NCBI RefSeq assembly: GCF_009914755.1
Contig: NC_060927.1
From: the human T2T-CHM13v2.0 reference genome, Homo sapiens
DNA length: 64,000 nt
Direction: 5' to 3' (one strand)
A program made the position numbers and the translations under genes. A model generated the notes under the pieces. That model saw only the letters and a program-made list of their open reading frames with translations, did no database searches and had not been told where the DNA came from. Positions 1 through 14,519 of this stretch are shown here, piece after piece; position 1 is the stretch's first letter, and each line of letters opens with the position of its first letter.

Positions 1-183
1 TATTCTATAGTGTACATAAAATATCAAAGTACCCAAACTATACATTATATACTGTACATAAAATATGAAATTACATCAAATATATATTATATTAGGTACA
101 TGAAATTTGAAAGTACATCAAATATAGATTATATACTGTACATAAAATATGAAAGTACCCCAAATATATATTATATACTCTAC

Positions 184-561
184 ATGAAATATCAAAGTTC
201 ACAAACTATATATTATATACTGTACATAAAATATCAAAGTACCCAAGGTATATATTCTATACTGTACAAAAAATATCAAAGTATCCAAAGCATGTATTAT
301 ATACTGTATATAAAATATGAAAGTACATCAAATATATATTTTATTCTGTACATAAAATATCAAAGTACACCAGATATATATTCTATAGTGTACATAAAAT
401 ATCAAAGTACCCAAACTATACATTATATACTGTACATAAAATATGAAATTACAGCAAATATATATTATATTAGGTACATAAAATATGAAAGTACATCAAA
501 TATAGATTATATACTCTACATTAAATACCAAAGTACCCCAAATATATATTTTATACTGTAC
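184..561 (+). repeat. Canonical 378-bp 9-monomer higher-order repeat (example unit; monomers A-I)
   Basis: The distinctive monomer ATGAAATATCAAAGTTCACAAAC recurs at 184, 562, 940, ... (378-bp steps). The nine monomers read in the ORF track as MKYQSSQ / QSTQG / KKYQSTQSM / ESTSNIYF / QSTPD / QTIH / EITSN..IR / ESTSNID / STPN. 378 = 9 x 42 is the known HSat1A HOR period. Confidence 0.95.
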
Positions 562-3500
562 ATGAAATATCAAAGTTCACAAACTATATATTATATACTG
601 TACATAAAATATCAATGTACCCAAGGTATATATTCTATACTGCACAAAAAATATCAAAGTACCCAAAGCATGTATTATATACTGTATATAAAATATGAAA
701 GTACATCAAATATATATTTTATTCTGTACATAAAATATCAAAGTACACCAGATATATATTCTATAGTGTACATAAAATATCAAAGTACCCAAACTATACA
801 TTATATACTGTACATAAAATATGAAATTACATCAAATATATATTATATTAGGTACATAAAATACGAAAGTACATCAAATATAGATTATATACTGTAAATA
901 TAATATCAATGTACCCCAAATATATATTTTATACTCTACATGAAATATCAAAGTTCACAAACCATATATTATATACTGTACATAAAATATCAAAGTACCC
1001 AAGGTATATATTCTATACTGTAGAAAAAATATCAAAGTACCCAAAGCATGTATTATATACTATACCTAAAATATGAAAGTACATCAAATATATATTTTAT
1101 TCTGTACATAAAATATCAAAGTACACCAGATATATATTCTACAGTGTACATAAAATATCAAAGTACCCAAACTATACATTATATACTGTACATAAAATAT
1201 GAAATTACATCAAATATATATTATATTAGGTACATAAAATACGAAAGTACATCAAATATAGATTATATACTGTACATAAAATATCAAAGTACCCCAATAT
1301 ATAGTATATACTGTACATGAAATATCAAAGTTCACAAACTATATATTATGTACTGTACATAAAATATCAAAGTACCGAAGGTATATATTCTATACTGTAC
1401 AAAAAATATCAAAGTACCCAAAGCATGTATTATATAATGTACATAAAATATGAAAGTACATCAAATATATATTTTATTCTGTACTTAAAATATCAAAGTA
1501 CACCAGATATATATTCTATAGCGTACATACAATATCAAAGTACACAAACTATACATTATATACTGTACATAAAATATGAAATTACATCAAATATATATTA
1601 TATTAGGTAAATGAAATATGAAAGTACATCAAATATAGATTATATACTGTACATAAAATATGAAAGTACCCCAAATATATATTATATACTCTACATGAAA
1701 TATCAAAGTTCACAAACTATATATTATATACTGTACATAAAATATCAAAGTACCCAAGGTATATATTCTATACTGTACAAAAAATATCAAAGTATCCAAA
1801 GCATGTATTATATACTGTGTATAAAATATGAAAGTACATCAAATATATATTTTATTCTGTACATAAAATATCAAAGTACACCAGATATATATTCTATAGC
1901 GTACATAAAATATCAAAGTACACAAACTATACATTATATACTGTACATAAAATATGAAATTACATCAAATATATATTATATTAGGTACATAAAATATGAA
2001 AGTACATCAAATATAGATTATATACTGTACATATAATATCAATGTACCCCAAATATATATTTTATACTCTACATGAAATATCAAAGTTCACAAACCATAT
2101 ATTATATACTGTACATAAAATATCAAAGTACCCAAGGTATATATTCTATACTGTACAAAAAATATCAAAGTACCCAAAGCATGTATTATATACTGTACAT
2201 AAAATATGAAAGTACATCAAATATATATTTTATTCTGTACATAAAGTATCAAAGTACACCAGATATATATTCTATAGTGTACATAAAATATCAAAGTACC
2301 CAAACTATACATTATATACTGTACATAAAATATGAAATTACATCAAATATATATTATATTAGGTAAATGAAATATGAAAGTACATCAAATATAGATTATA
2401 TACTGTACATAAAATATGAAAGTACCCCAAATATATATTATATACTCTACATGAAATATCAAAGTTCACAAACTATATATTATATACTCTACATAAAATA
2501 TCAAAGTACCCAAGGTATATATTCTATACTGTACAAAAAATATCAAAGTATCCAAAGCATGTATTATATACTGTATATAAAATATGAAAGTACATCAAAT
2601 ATATATTTTATTCTGTACATAAAATATCAAAGTACACCAGATATATATTCTATAGTGTACATAAAATATCAAAGTACCCAAACTATACATTATATACTGT
2701 ACATAAAATATGAAATTACAGCAAATATATATTATATTAGGTACATAAAATATGAAAGTACATCAAATATAGATTATATACTCTACATTAAATACCAAAG
2801 TACCCCAAATATATATTTTATACTGTACATGAAATATCAAAGTTCACAAACTATATATTATATACTGTACATAAAATATCAATGTACCCAAGGTATATAT
2901 TCTATACTGCACAAAAAATATCAAAGTACCCAAAGCATGTATTATATACTGTATATAAAATATGAAAGTACATCAAATATATATTTTATTCTGTACATAA
3001 AATATCAAAGTACACCAGATATATATTCTATAGTGTACATAAAATATCAAAGTACCCAAACTATACATTATATACTGTACATAAAATATGAAATTACATC
3101 AAATATATATTATATTAGGTACATAAAATACGAAAGTACATCAAATATAGATTATATACTGTACATAAAATATGAAAGTACCCCAATATATATTATATAC
3201 TCTACATGAAATATCAAAGTTCACAAACTATATATTATGTACTGTACATAAAATATCAAACTACCCAAGGTATATATTCTATACTGTACAAAAAATATCA
3301 AAGTACCCAAAGCATGTATTATATAATGTACATAAAATATGAAAGTACATCAAATATATATTTTATTCTGTACATAAAATATCAAAGAACACCAGATATA
3401 TATTCTATAGTGTACATAAAATATCAAAGTACCCAAACTATACATTATATACTGTACATAAAATATGAAATTACAGCAAATATATATTATATTAGGTACA

Positions 3501-3583
3501 TAAAATATGAAAGTACATCAAATATAGATTATATACTGTACATTAAATACCAAAGTACCCCAAATATATATTTTATACTGTAC

Positions 3584-4166
3584 ATGAAATATCAAAGTTC
3601 ACAAACTATATATTATATACTGTACATAAAATATCAATGTACCCAAGGTATATATTCTATACTGCACAAAAAATATCAAAGTACCCAAAGCATGTATTAT
3701 ATACTGTATATAAAATATGAAAGTACATCAAATATATATTTTATTCTGTACATAAAATATCAAAGTACACCAGATATATATTCTATAGTGTACATAAAAT
3801 AACAAAGTACACAAACTATAAATTATATCCTGTACATAAAATATGAAATTACATCAAATATATATTAGGTACATAAAATATGAAAGTACATCAAATATAG
3901 ATTATATACTGTACATTAAGTACCAAAGTACACCAAATATATATTTTATTCTGTACATAAAATATCAAAGTACACCAGATATATATTCTATAGTGTACAT
4001 AAAATATCAAAGTACCCAAACTATACATTATATACTGTACATAAAATATGAAATTACATCAAATATATATTATATTAGGTAAATGAAATATGAAAGTACA
4101 TCAAATATAGATTATATACTGTACATGAAATATGAAAGTACCCCAAATATATATTATATACTCTAC
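3584..4166 (+). repeat. 14-monomer variant HOR, 583 bp (A-H, I/D hybrid, E-I, with a 5-bp deletion in the first G); 14 copies seen
   Basis: A-monomer spacing of 583 = 14x42-5 from starts at 3584, 6802, 12296, 15141, 18743, 22347, 24059, 29703, 46235, 47947, 51551, 52889, 54596 and 58196. All carry AAAATAACAAAG...TATATCCTG and a CATTAAGTACCAAAGTACACC-type junction. Confidence 0.88.
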
Positions 4167-5209
4167 ATGAAATATCAAAGTTCACAAACTATATATTATA
4201 TACTGTACATAAAATATCAAAGTACCCAAGGTATATATTCTATACTGTACAAAAAATATCAAAGTATCCAAAGCATGTATTATATACTGTATATAAAATA
4301 TGAAAGTACATCAAATATATATTTTATTCTGTACATAAAATATCAAAGTACACCAGATATATATTCTATAGTGTACATAAAATATCAAAGTACCCAAACT
4401 ATACATTATATACTGTACATAAAATATGAAATTACAGCAAATATATATTATATTAGGTACATAAAATATGAAAGTACATCAAATATAGATTATATACTCT
4501 ACATTAAATACCAAAGTACCCCAAATATATATTTTATACTGTACATGAAATATCAAAGTTCACAAACTATATATTATATACTGTACATAAAATATCAATG
4601 TACCCAAGGTATATATTCTATACTGCACAAAAAATATCAAAGTACCCAAAGCATGTATTATATACTGTATATAAAATATGAAAGTACATCAAATATATAT
4701 TTTATTCTGTACATAAAATATCAAAGTACACCAGATATATATTCTATAGTGTACATAAAATATCAAAGTACCCAAACTATACATTATATACTGTACATAA
4801 AATATGAAATTACATCAAATATATATTATATTAGGTACATAAAATACGAAAGTACATCAAATATAGATTATATACTGTACATAAAATATGAAAGTACCCC
4901 AATATATATTATATACTCTACATGAAATATCAAAGTTCACAATCTATATATTATGTACTGTACATAAAATATCAAACTACCCAAGGTATATATTCTATAC
5001 TGTACAAAAAATATCAAAGTACCCAAAGCATGTATTATATAATGTACATAAAATATCAAAGTACATCAAATATATATTTTATTCTGTACATAAAATATCA
5101 AAGAACACCAGATATATATTCTATAGAGTACATAAAATATCAAAGTACCCAAACTATACATTATATACTGTACATAAAATATGAAATTACAGCAAATATA
5201 TATTATATT

Positions 5210-7019
5210 AGGTACATAAAATATGAAAGTACATCAAATATAGATTATATACTGTAAATATAATATCAATGTACCCCAAATATATATTTTATACTCTACA
5301 TGAAATATCAAAGTTCACAAACCATATATTATATACTGTACATAAAATATCAAAGTACCCAAGGTATATATTCTATACTGTACAAAAAATATCAAAGTAC
5401 CCAAAGCATGTATTATATACTGTACATAAAATATGAAAGTACATCAAATATATATTTTATTCTGTACATAAAATATCAAAGTACACCAGATATATATTCT
5501 ATAGTGTACATAAAATATCAAAGTACCCAAACTATACATTATATACTGTACATAAAATATGAAATTACATCAAATATATATTATATTAGGTAAATGAAAT
5601 ATGAAAGTACATCAAATATAGATTATATACTGTACATAAAATATGAAAGTACCCCAAATATATATTATATACTCTACATGAAATATCAAAGTTCACAAAC
5701 TATATATTATATACTGTCCATAAAATATCAAAGTACCCAAGGTATATATTTTATACTGTACAAAAAATATCAAAGTACCCAAAGCATGTATTATATACTA
5801 TACCTAAAATATGAAAGTACATCAAATATATATTTTATTCTGTACATAAAATATCAAAGTACACCAGATATATATACTATAGTGTACATAAAATATCAAA
5901 GTACCCAAACTATACATTATACACTGCACATAAAATATGAAATTACATCAAATATATATTAGGTACATAAAATATGAAAGTACATCAAATATAGATTATA
6001 TACTGTAAATATAATATCAATGTACCCCAAATATATATTTTATACTCTACATGAAATATCAAAGTTCACAAACCATATATTATATACTGTACATAAAATA
6101 TCAAAGTACCCAAGGTATATATTCTATACTGTACAAAAAATATCAAAGTACCCAAAGCATGTATTATATACTGTACATAAAATATGAAAGTACATCAAAT
6201 ATATATTTTATTCTGTACATAAAATATCAAAGTACACCAGATATATATTCTATAGTGTACATAAAATATCAAAGTACCCAAACTATACATTATATACTGT
6301 ACATAAAATATGAAATTACATCAAATATATATTATATTAGGTAAATGAAATATGAAAGTACATCAAATATAGATTATATACTGTACATAAAATATGAAAG
6401 TACCCCAAATATATATTATATACTCTACATGAAATATCAAAGTTCACAAACTATATATTATATACTGTCCATAAAATATCAAAGTACCCCAGGTATATAT
6501 TTTATACTGTACAAAAAATATCAAAGTACCCAAAGCATGTATTATATACTATACCTAAAATATGAAAGTACATCAAATATATATTTTATTCTGTACATAA
6601 AATATCAAAGTACACCAGATATATATACTATAGTGTACATAAAATATCAAAGTACCCAAACTATACATTATACACTGCACATAAAATATGAAATTACATC
6701 AAATATATATTAGGTACATAAAATATGAAAGTACATCAAATATAGATTATATACTGTAAATATAATATCAATGTACCCCAAATATATATTTTATACTCTA
6801 CATGAAATATCAAAGTTCACAAACCATATATTATATACTGTACATAAAATATCAAAGTACCCAAGGTATATATTCTATACTGTACAAAAAATATCAAAGT
6901 ACCCAAAGCATGTATTATATACTGTACATAAAATATGAAAGTACATCAAATATATATTTTATTCTGTACATAAAATATCAAAGTACACCAGATATATATT
7001 CTATAGTGTACATAAAATA
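5210..7019 (+). repeat. 751-bp tandem duplication (378 + 373 bp HOR pair), about 2.4 copies
   Basis: ORF starts 5300/6051/6802 and 5594/6345 are 751 apart with near-identical translations. One visible difference is CCCAAGG vs CCCCAGG at 6490. Confidence 0.8.
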
Positions 7020-10000
7020 ACAAAGTACACAAACTATAAATTATATCCTGTACATAAAATATGAAATTACATCAAATATATATTAGGTACATAAAATATG
7101 AAAGTACATCAAATATAGATTATATACTGTACATTAAGTGCCAAAGTACACCAAATATATATTTTATTCTGTACATAAAATATCAAAGTACACCAGATAT
7201 ATATTCTATAGTGTACATAAAATATCAAAGTACCCAAACTATACATTATATACTGTACATAAAATATGAAATTACAGCAAATATATATTATATTAGGTAC
7301 ATAAAATATGAAAGTACATCAAATATAGATTATATACTCTACATTAAATACCAAAGTACCCCAAATATATATTTTATACTGTACATGAAATATCAAAGTT
7401 CACAATCTATATATTATATACTGTACATAAAATATCAATGTACCCAAGGTATATATTCTATACTGCACAAAAAATATCAAAGTACCCAAAGCATGTATTA
7501 TATACTGTATATAAAATATGAAAGTACATCAAATATATATTTTATTGTGTACATAAAATATCAAAGTACACCAGATATATATTCTATAGTGTACATAAAA
7601 TATCAAAGTACCCAAACTATACATTATATACTGTACATAAAATATGAAATTACATCAAATATATATTATATTAGGTACATAAAATACGAAAGTACATCAA
7701 ATATAGATTATATACTGTACATAAAATATGAAAGTACCCCAATATATATTATATACTCTACATGAAATATCAAAGTTCACAAACTATATATTATGTACTG
7801 TACATAAAATATCAAAGTACCCAAGGTATATATTCTATACTGTACAAAAAATATCAAAGTACCCAAAGCATGTATTATATAATGTACATAAAATATGAAA
7901 GTACATCAAATATATATTTTATTCTGTACATAAAATATCAAAGAACACCAGATATATATTCTATAGTGTACATAAAATATCAAAGTACCCAAACTATACA
8001 TTATATACTGTACATAAAATATGAAATTACCTCAAATATATATTATATTAGGTACATAAAATATGAAAGTACATCAAATATAGATTATATACTGTAAATA
8101 TAATATCAATGTACCCCAAATATATATTTTATACTCTACATGAAATATCAAAGTTCACAAACCATATATTATATACTGTACATAAAATATCAAAGTACCC
8201 AAGGTATATATTCTATACTGTACAAAAAATATCAAAGTACCCAAAGCATGTATTATATACTGTACATAAAATATGGAAGTACATCAAATATATATTTTAT
8301 TCTGTACATAAAATATCAAAGTACACCAGATATATATTCTATAGTGTACATAAAATATCAAAGTACCCAAACTATACATTATATACTGTACATAAAATAT
8401 GAAATTACATCAAATATATATTATATTAGGTACATAAAATATGAAAGTACATCAAATATAGATTATATACTGTAAATATTATATCAATGTACCCCAAATA
8501 TATATTTTATACTCTACATGAAATATCAAAGTTCACAAACCATATATTATATACTGTACATAAAATATCAAAGTACCCAAGGTATATATTCTATACTGTA
8601 CAAAAAATATCAAAGTACCCAAAGCATGTATTATATACTATACCTAAAATATGAAAGTACATCAAATATATATTTTATTCTGTACATAAAATATCAAAGT
8701 ACACCAGATATATATTCTACAGTGTACATAAAATATCAAAGTACCCAAACTATACATTATATACTGTACATAAAATATGAAATTACATCAAATATATATT
8801 ATATTAGGTACATAAAATACGAAAGTACATCAAATATAGATTATATACTGTACATAAAATATCAAAGTACCCCAATATATATTATATACTGTACATGAAA
8901 TATCAAAGTTCACAAACTATATATTATGTACTGTACATAAAATATCAAAGTACCCAAGGTATATATTCTATACTGTACAAAAAATATCAAAGTACCCAAA
9001 GCATGTATTATATAATGTACATAAAATATGAAAGTACATCAAATATATATTTTATTCTGTACATAAAATATCAAAGTACACCAGATATATATTCTATAGC
9101 GTACATAAAATATCAAAGTACACAAACTATACATTATATACTGTACATAAAATATGAAATTACATCAAATATATATTATATTAGGTAAATGAAATATGAA
9201 AGTACATCAAATATAGATTATATACTGTACATAAAATATGAAAGTACCCCAAATATATATTATATACTCTACATGAAATATCAAAGTTCACAAACTATAT
9301 ATTATATACTGTACATAAAATATCAAAGTACCCAAGGTATATATTCTATACTGTACAAAAAATATCAAAGTATCCAAAGCATGTATTATATACTGTATAT
9401 AAAATATGAAAGTACATCAAATATATATTTTATTCTGTACATAAAATATCAAAGTACACCAGATATATATTCTATAGCGTACATAAAATATCAAAGTACA
9501 CAAACTGTACATTATATACTGTACATAAAATATGAAATTACATCAAATATATATTATATTAGGTACATAAAATATGAAAGTACATCAAATATAGATTATA
9601 TACTGTAAATATAATATCAATGTACCCCAAATATATATTTTATACTCTACATGAAATATCAAAGTTCACAAACCATATATTATATACTGTACATAAAATA
9701 TCAAAGTACCCAAGGTATATATTCTAAACTGTACAAAAAATATTAAAGTACCCAAAGCATGTATTATATACTGTACATAAAATAGGAAAGTACATCAAAT
9801 ATATATTTTATTCTGTACATAAAATATCAAAGTACACCAGATATATATTCTATAGTGTACATAAAATATCAAAGTACCCAAACTATACATTATATACTGT
9901 ACATAAAATATGAAATTACATCAAATATATATTATATTAGGTAAATGAAATATGAAAGTACATCAAATATAGATTATATACTGTACATAAAATATGAAAG

Positions 10001-13000
10001 TACCCCAAATATATATTATATACTCTACATGAAATATCAAAGTTCACAAACTATATATTATATACTGTACATAAAATATCAAAGTACCCAAGGTATATAT
10101 TCTATACTGTAGAAAAAATATCAAAGTACCCAAAGCATGTATTATATACTGTATATAAAATATGAAAGTACATCAAATATATATTTTATTCTGTACATAA
10201 AATATCAAAGTACACCAGATATATATTCTACAGTGTACATAAAATATCAAAGTACCCAAACTATACATTATATACTGTACATAAAATATGAAATTACAGC
10301 AAATATATATTATATTAGGTACATAAAATATGAAAGTACATCAAATATAGATTATATACTCTACATTAAATACCAAAGTACCCCAAATATATATTTTATA
10401 CTGTACATGAAATATCAAAGTTCACAAACTATATATTATATACTGTACATAAAATATCAATGTACCCAAGGTATATATTCTATACTGCACAAAAAATATC
10501 AAAGTACCCAAAGCATGTATTATATACTGTATATAAAATATGAAAGTACATCAAATATATATTTTATTCTGTACATAAAATATCAAAGTACACCAGATAT
10601 ATATTCTATAGCGTACATAAAATATCAAAGTACACAAACTATACATTATATACTGTACATAAAATATGAAATTACATCAAATATATATTATATTAGGTAA
10701 ATGAAATATGAAAGTACATCAAATATAGATTATATACTGTACATAAAATATGAAAGTACCCCAAATATATATTATATACTCTACATGAAATATCAAAGTT
10801 CACAAACTATATATTATATACTGTACATAAAATATCAAAGTACCCAAGGTATATATTCTATACTGTACAAAAAATATCAAAGTATCCAAAGCATGTATTA
10901 TATACTGTGTATAAAATATGAAAGTACATCAAATATATATTTTATTCTGTACATAAAATATCAAAGTACACCAGATATATATTCTATAGCGTACATAAAA
11001 TATCAAAGTACACAAACTATACATTATATACTGTACATAAAATATGAAATTACATCAAATATATATTATATTAGGTACATAAAATATGAAAGTACATCAA
11101 ATATAGATTATATACTGTACATATAATATCAATGTACCCCAAATATATATTTTATACTCTACATGAAATATCAAAGTTCACAAACCATATATTATATACT
11201 GTACATAAAATATCAAAGTACCCAAGGTATATATTCTATACTGTACAAAAAATATCAAAGTACCCAAAGCATGTATTATATACTGTACATAAAATATGAA
11301 AGTACATCAAATATATATTTTATTCTGTACATAAAGTATCAAAGTACACCAGATATATATTCTATAGTGTACATAAAATATCAAAGTACCCAAACTATAC
11401 ATTATATACTGTACATAAAATATGAAATTACAGCAAATATATATTATATTAGGTACATAAAATATGAAAGTACATCAAATATAGATTATATACTGTACAT
11501 TAAATACCAAAGTACCCCAAATATATATTTTATACTGTACATGAAATATCAAAGTTCACAAACTATATATTATATACTGTACATAAAATATCAATGTACC
11601 CAAGGTATATATTCTATACTGCACAAAAAATATCAAAGTACCCAAAGCATGTATTATATACTGTATATAAAATATGAAAGTACATCAAATATATATTTTA
11701 TTCTGTACATAAAATATCAAAGTACACCAGATATATATTCTATAGTGTACATAAAATATCAAAGTACCCAAACTATACATTATATACTGTACATAAAATA
11801 TGAAATTACATCAAATATATATTATATTAGGTACATAAAATACGAAAGTACATCAAATATAGATTATATACTGTACATAAAATATGAAAGTACCCCAATA
11901 TATATTATATACTCTACATGAAATATCAAAGTTCACAAACTATATATTATGTACTGTACATAAAATATCAAACTACCCAAGGTATATATTCTATACTGTA
12001 CAAAAAATATCAAAGTACCCAAAGCATGTATTATATAATGTACATAAAATATGAAAGTACATCAAATATATATTTTATTCTGTACATAAAATATCAAAGA
12101 ACACCAGATATATATTCTATAGTGTACATAAAATATCAAAGTACCCAAACTATACATTATATACTGTACATAAAATATGAAATTACAGCAAATATATATT
12201 ATATTAGGTACATAAAATATGAAAGTACATCAAATATAGATTATATACTGTACATTAAATACCAAAGTACCCCAAATATATATTTTATACTGTACATGAA
12301 ATATCAAAGTTCACAAACTATATATTATATACTGTACATAAAATATCAATGTACCCAAGGTATATATTCTATACTGCACAAAAAATATCAAAGTACCCAA
12401 AGCATGTATTATATACTGTATATAAAATATGAAAGTACATCAAATATATATTTTATTCTGTACATAAAATATCAAAGTACACCAGATATATATTCTATAG
12501 TGTACATAAAATAACAAAGTACACAAACTATAAATTATATCCTGTACATAAAATATGAAATTACATCAAATATATATTAGGTACATAAAATATGAAAGTA
12601 CATCAAATATAGATTATATACTGTACATTAAGTACCAAAGTACACCAAATATATATTTTATTCTGTACATAAAATATCAAAGTACACCAGATATATATTC
12701 TATAGTGTACATAAAATATCAAAGTACCCAAACTATACATTATATACTGTACATAAAATATGAAATTACATCAAATATATATTATATTAGGTAAATGAAA
12801 TATGAAAGTACATCAAATATAGATTATATACTGTACATGAAATATGAAAGTACCCCAAATATATATTATATACTCTACATGAAATATCAAAGTTCACAAA
12901 CTATATATTATATACTGTACATAAAATATCAAAGTACCCAAGGTATATATTCTATACTGTACAAAAAATATCAAAGTATCCAAAGCATGTATTATATACT

Positions 13001-14519
13001 GTATATAAAATATGAAAGTACATCAAATATATATTTTATTCTGTACATAAAATATCAAAGTACACCAGATATATATTCTATAGTGTATATAAAATATCAA
13101 AGTCCCCAAACTATACATTATATACTGTACATAAAATATGAAATTACAGCAAATATATATTATATTAGGTACATAAAATATGAAAGTACATCAAATATAG
13201 ATTATATACTCTACATTAAATACCAAAGTACCCCAAATATATATTTTATACTGTACATGAAATATCAAAGTTCACAAACTATATATTATATACTGTACAT
13301 AAAATATCAATGTACCCAAGGTATATATTCTATACTGCACAAAAAATATCAAAGTACCCAAAGCATGTATTATATACTGTATATAAAATATGAAAGTACA
13401 TCAAATATATATTTTATTCTGTACATAAAATATCAAAGTACACCAGATATATATTCTATAGTGTACATAAAATATCAAAGTACCCAAACTATACATTATA
13501 TACTGTACATAAAATATGAAATTACATCAAATATATATTATATTAGGTACATAAAATACGAAAGTACATCAAATATAGATTATATACTGTACATAAAATA
13601 TGAAAGTACCCCAATATATATTATATACTCTACATGAAATATCAAAGTTCACAAACTATATATTATGTACTGTACATAAAATATCAAACTACCCAAGGTA
13701 TATATTCTATACTGTACAAAAAATATCAAAGTACCCAAAGCATGTATTATATAATGTACATAAAATATCAAAGTACATCAAATATATATTTTATTCTGTA
13801 CATAAAATATCAAAGAACACCAGATATATATTCTATAGTGTACATAAAATATCAAAGTACCCAAACTATACATTATATACTGTACATAAAATATGAAATT
13901 ACATCAAATATATATTATATTAGGTACATAAAATATGAAAGTACATCAAATATAGATTATATACTGTAAATATAATATCAATGTACCCCAAATATATATT
14001 TTATACTCTACATGAAATATCAAAGTTCACAAACCATATATTATATACTGTACATAAAATATCAAAGTACCCAAGGTATATATTCTATACCGTACAAAAA
14101 ATATCAAAGTACCCAAAGCATGTATTATATACTGTACATAAAATATGAAAGCACATCAAATATATATTTTATTCTGTACATAAAATATCAAAGAACACCA
14201 GATATATATTCTATAGTGTACATAAAATATCAAAGTACCCAAACTATACATTATATACTGTACATAAAATATGAAATTACATCAAATATATATTATATTA
14301 GGTACATAAAATATGAAAGTACATCAAATATAGATTATATACTGTAAATATAATATCAATGTACCCCAAATATATATTTTATACTCTACATGAAATATCA
14401 AAGTTCACAAACCATATATTATATACTGTACATAAAATATCAAAGTACCCAAGGTATATATTCTATACCGTACAAAAAATATCAAAGTACCCAAAGCATG
14501 TATTATATACTGTACATAA

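Noticed and set aside
301-320. TATA-box-like TATATAAAA motifs as promoters
   Set aside because: Produced by a single C>T variant in AT-rich repeats, with no other promoter context.
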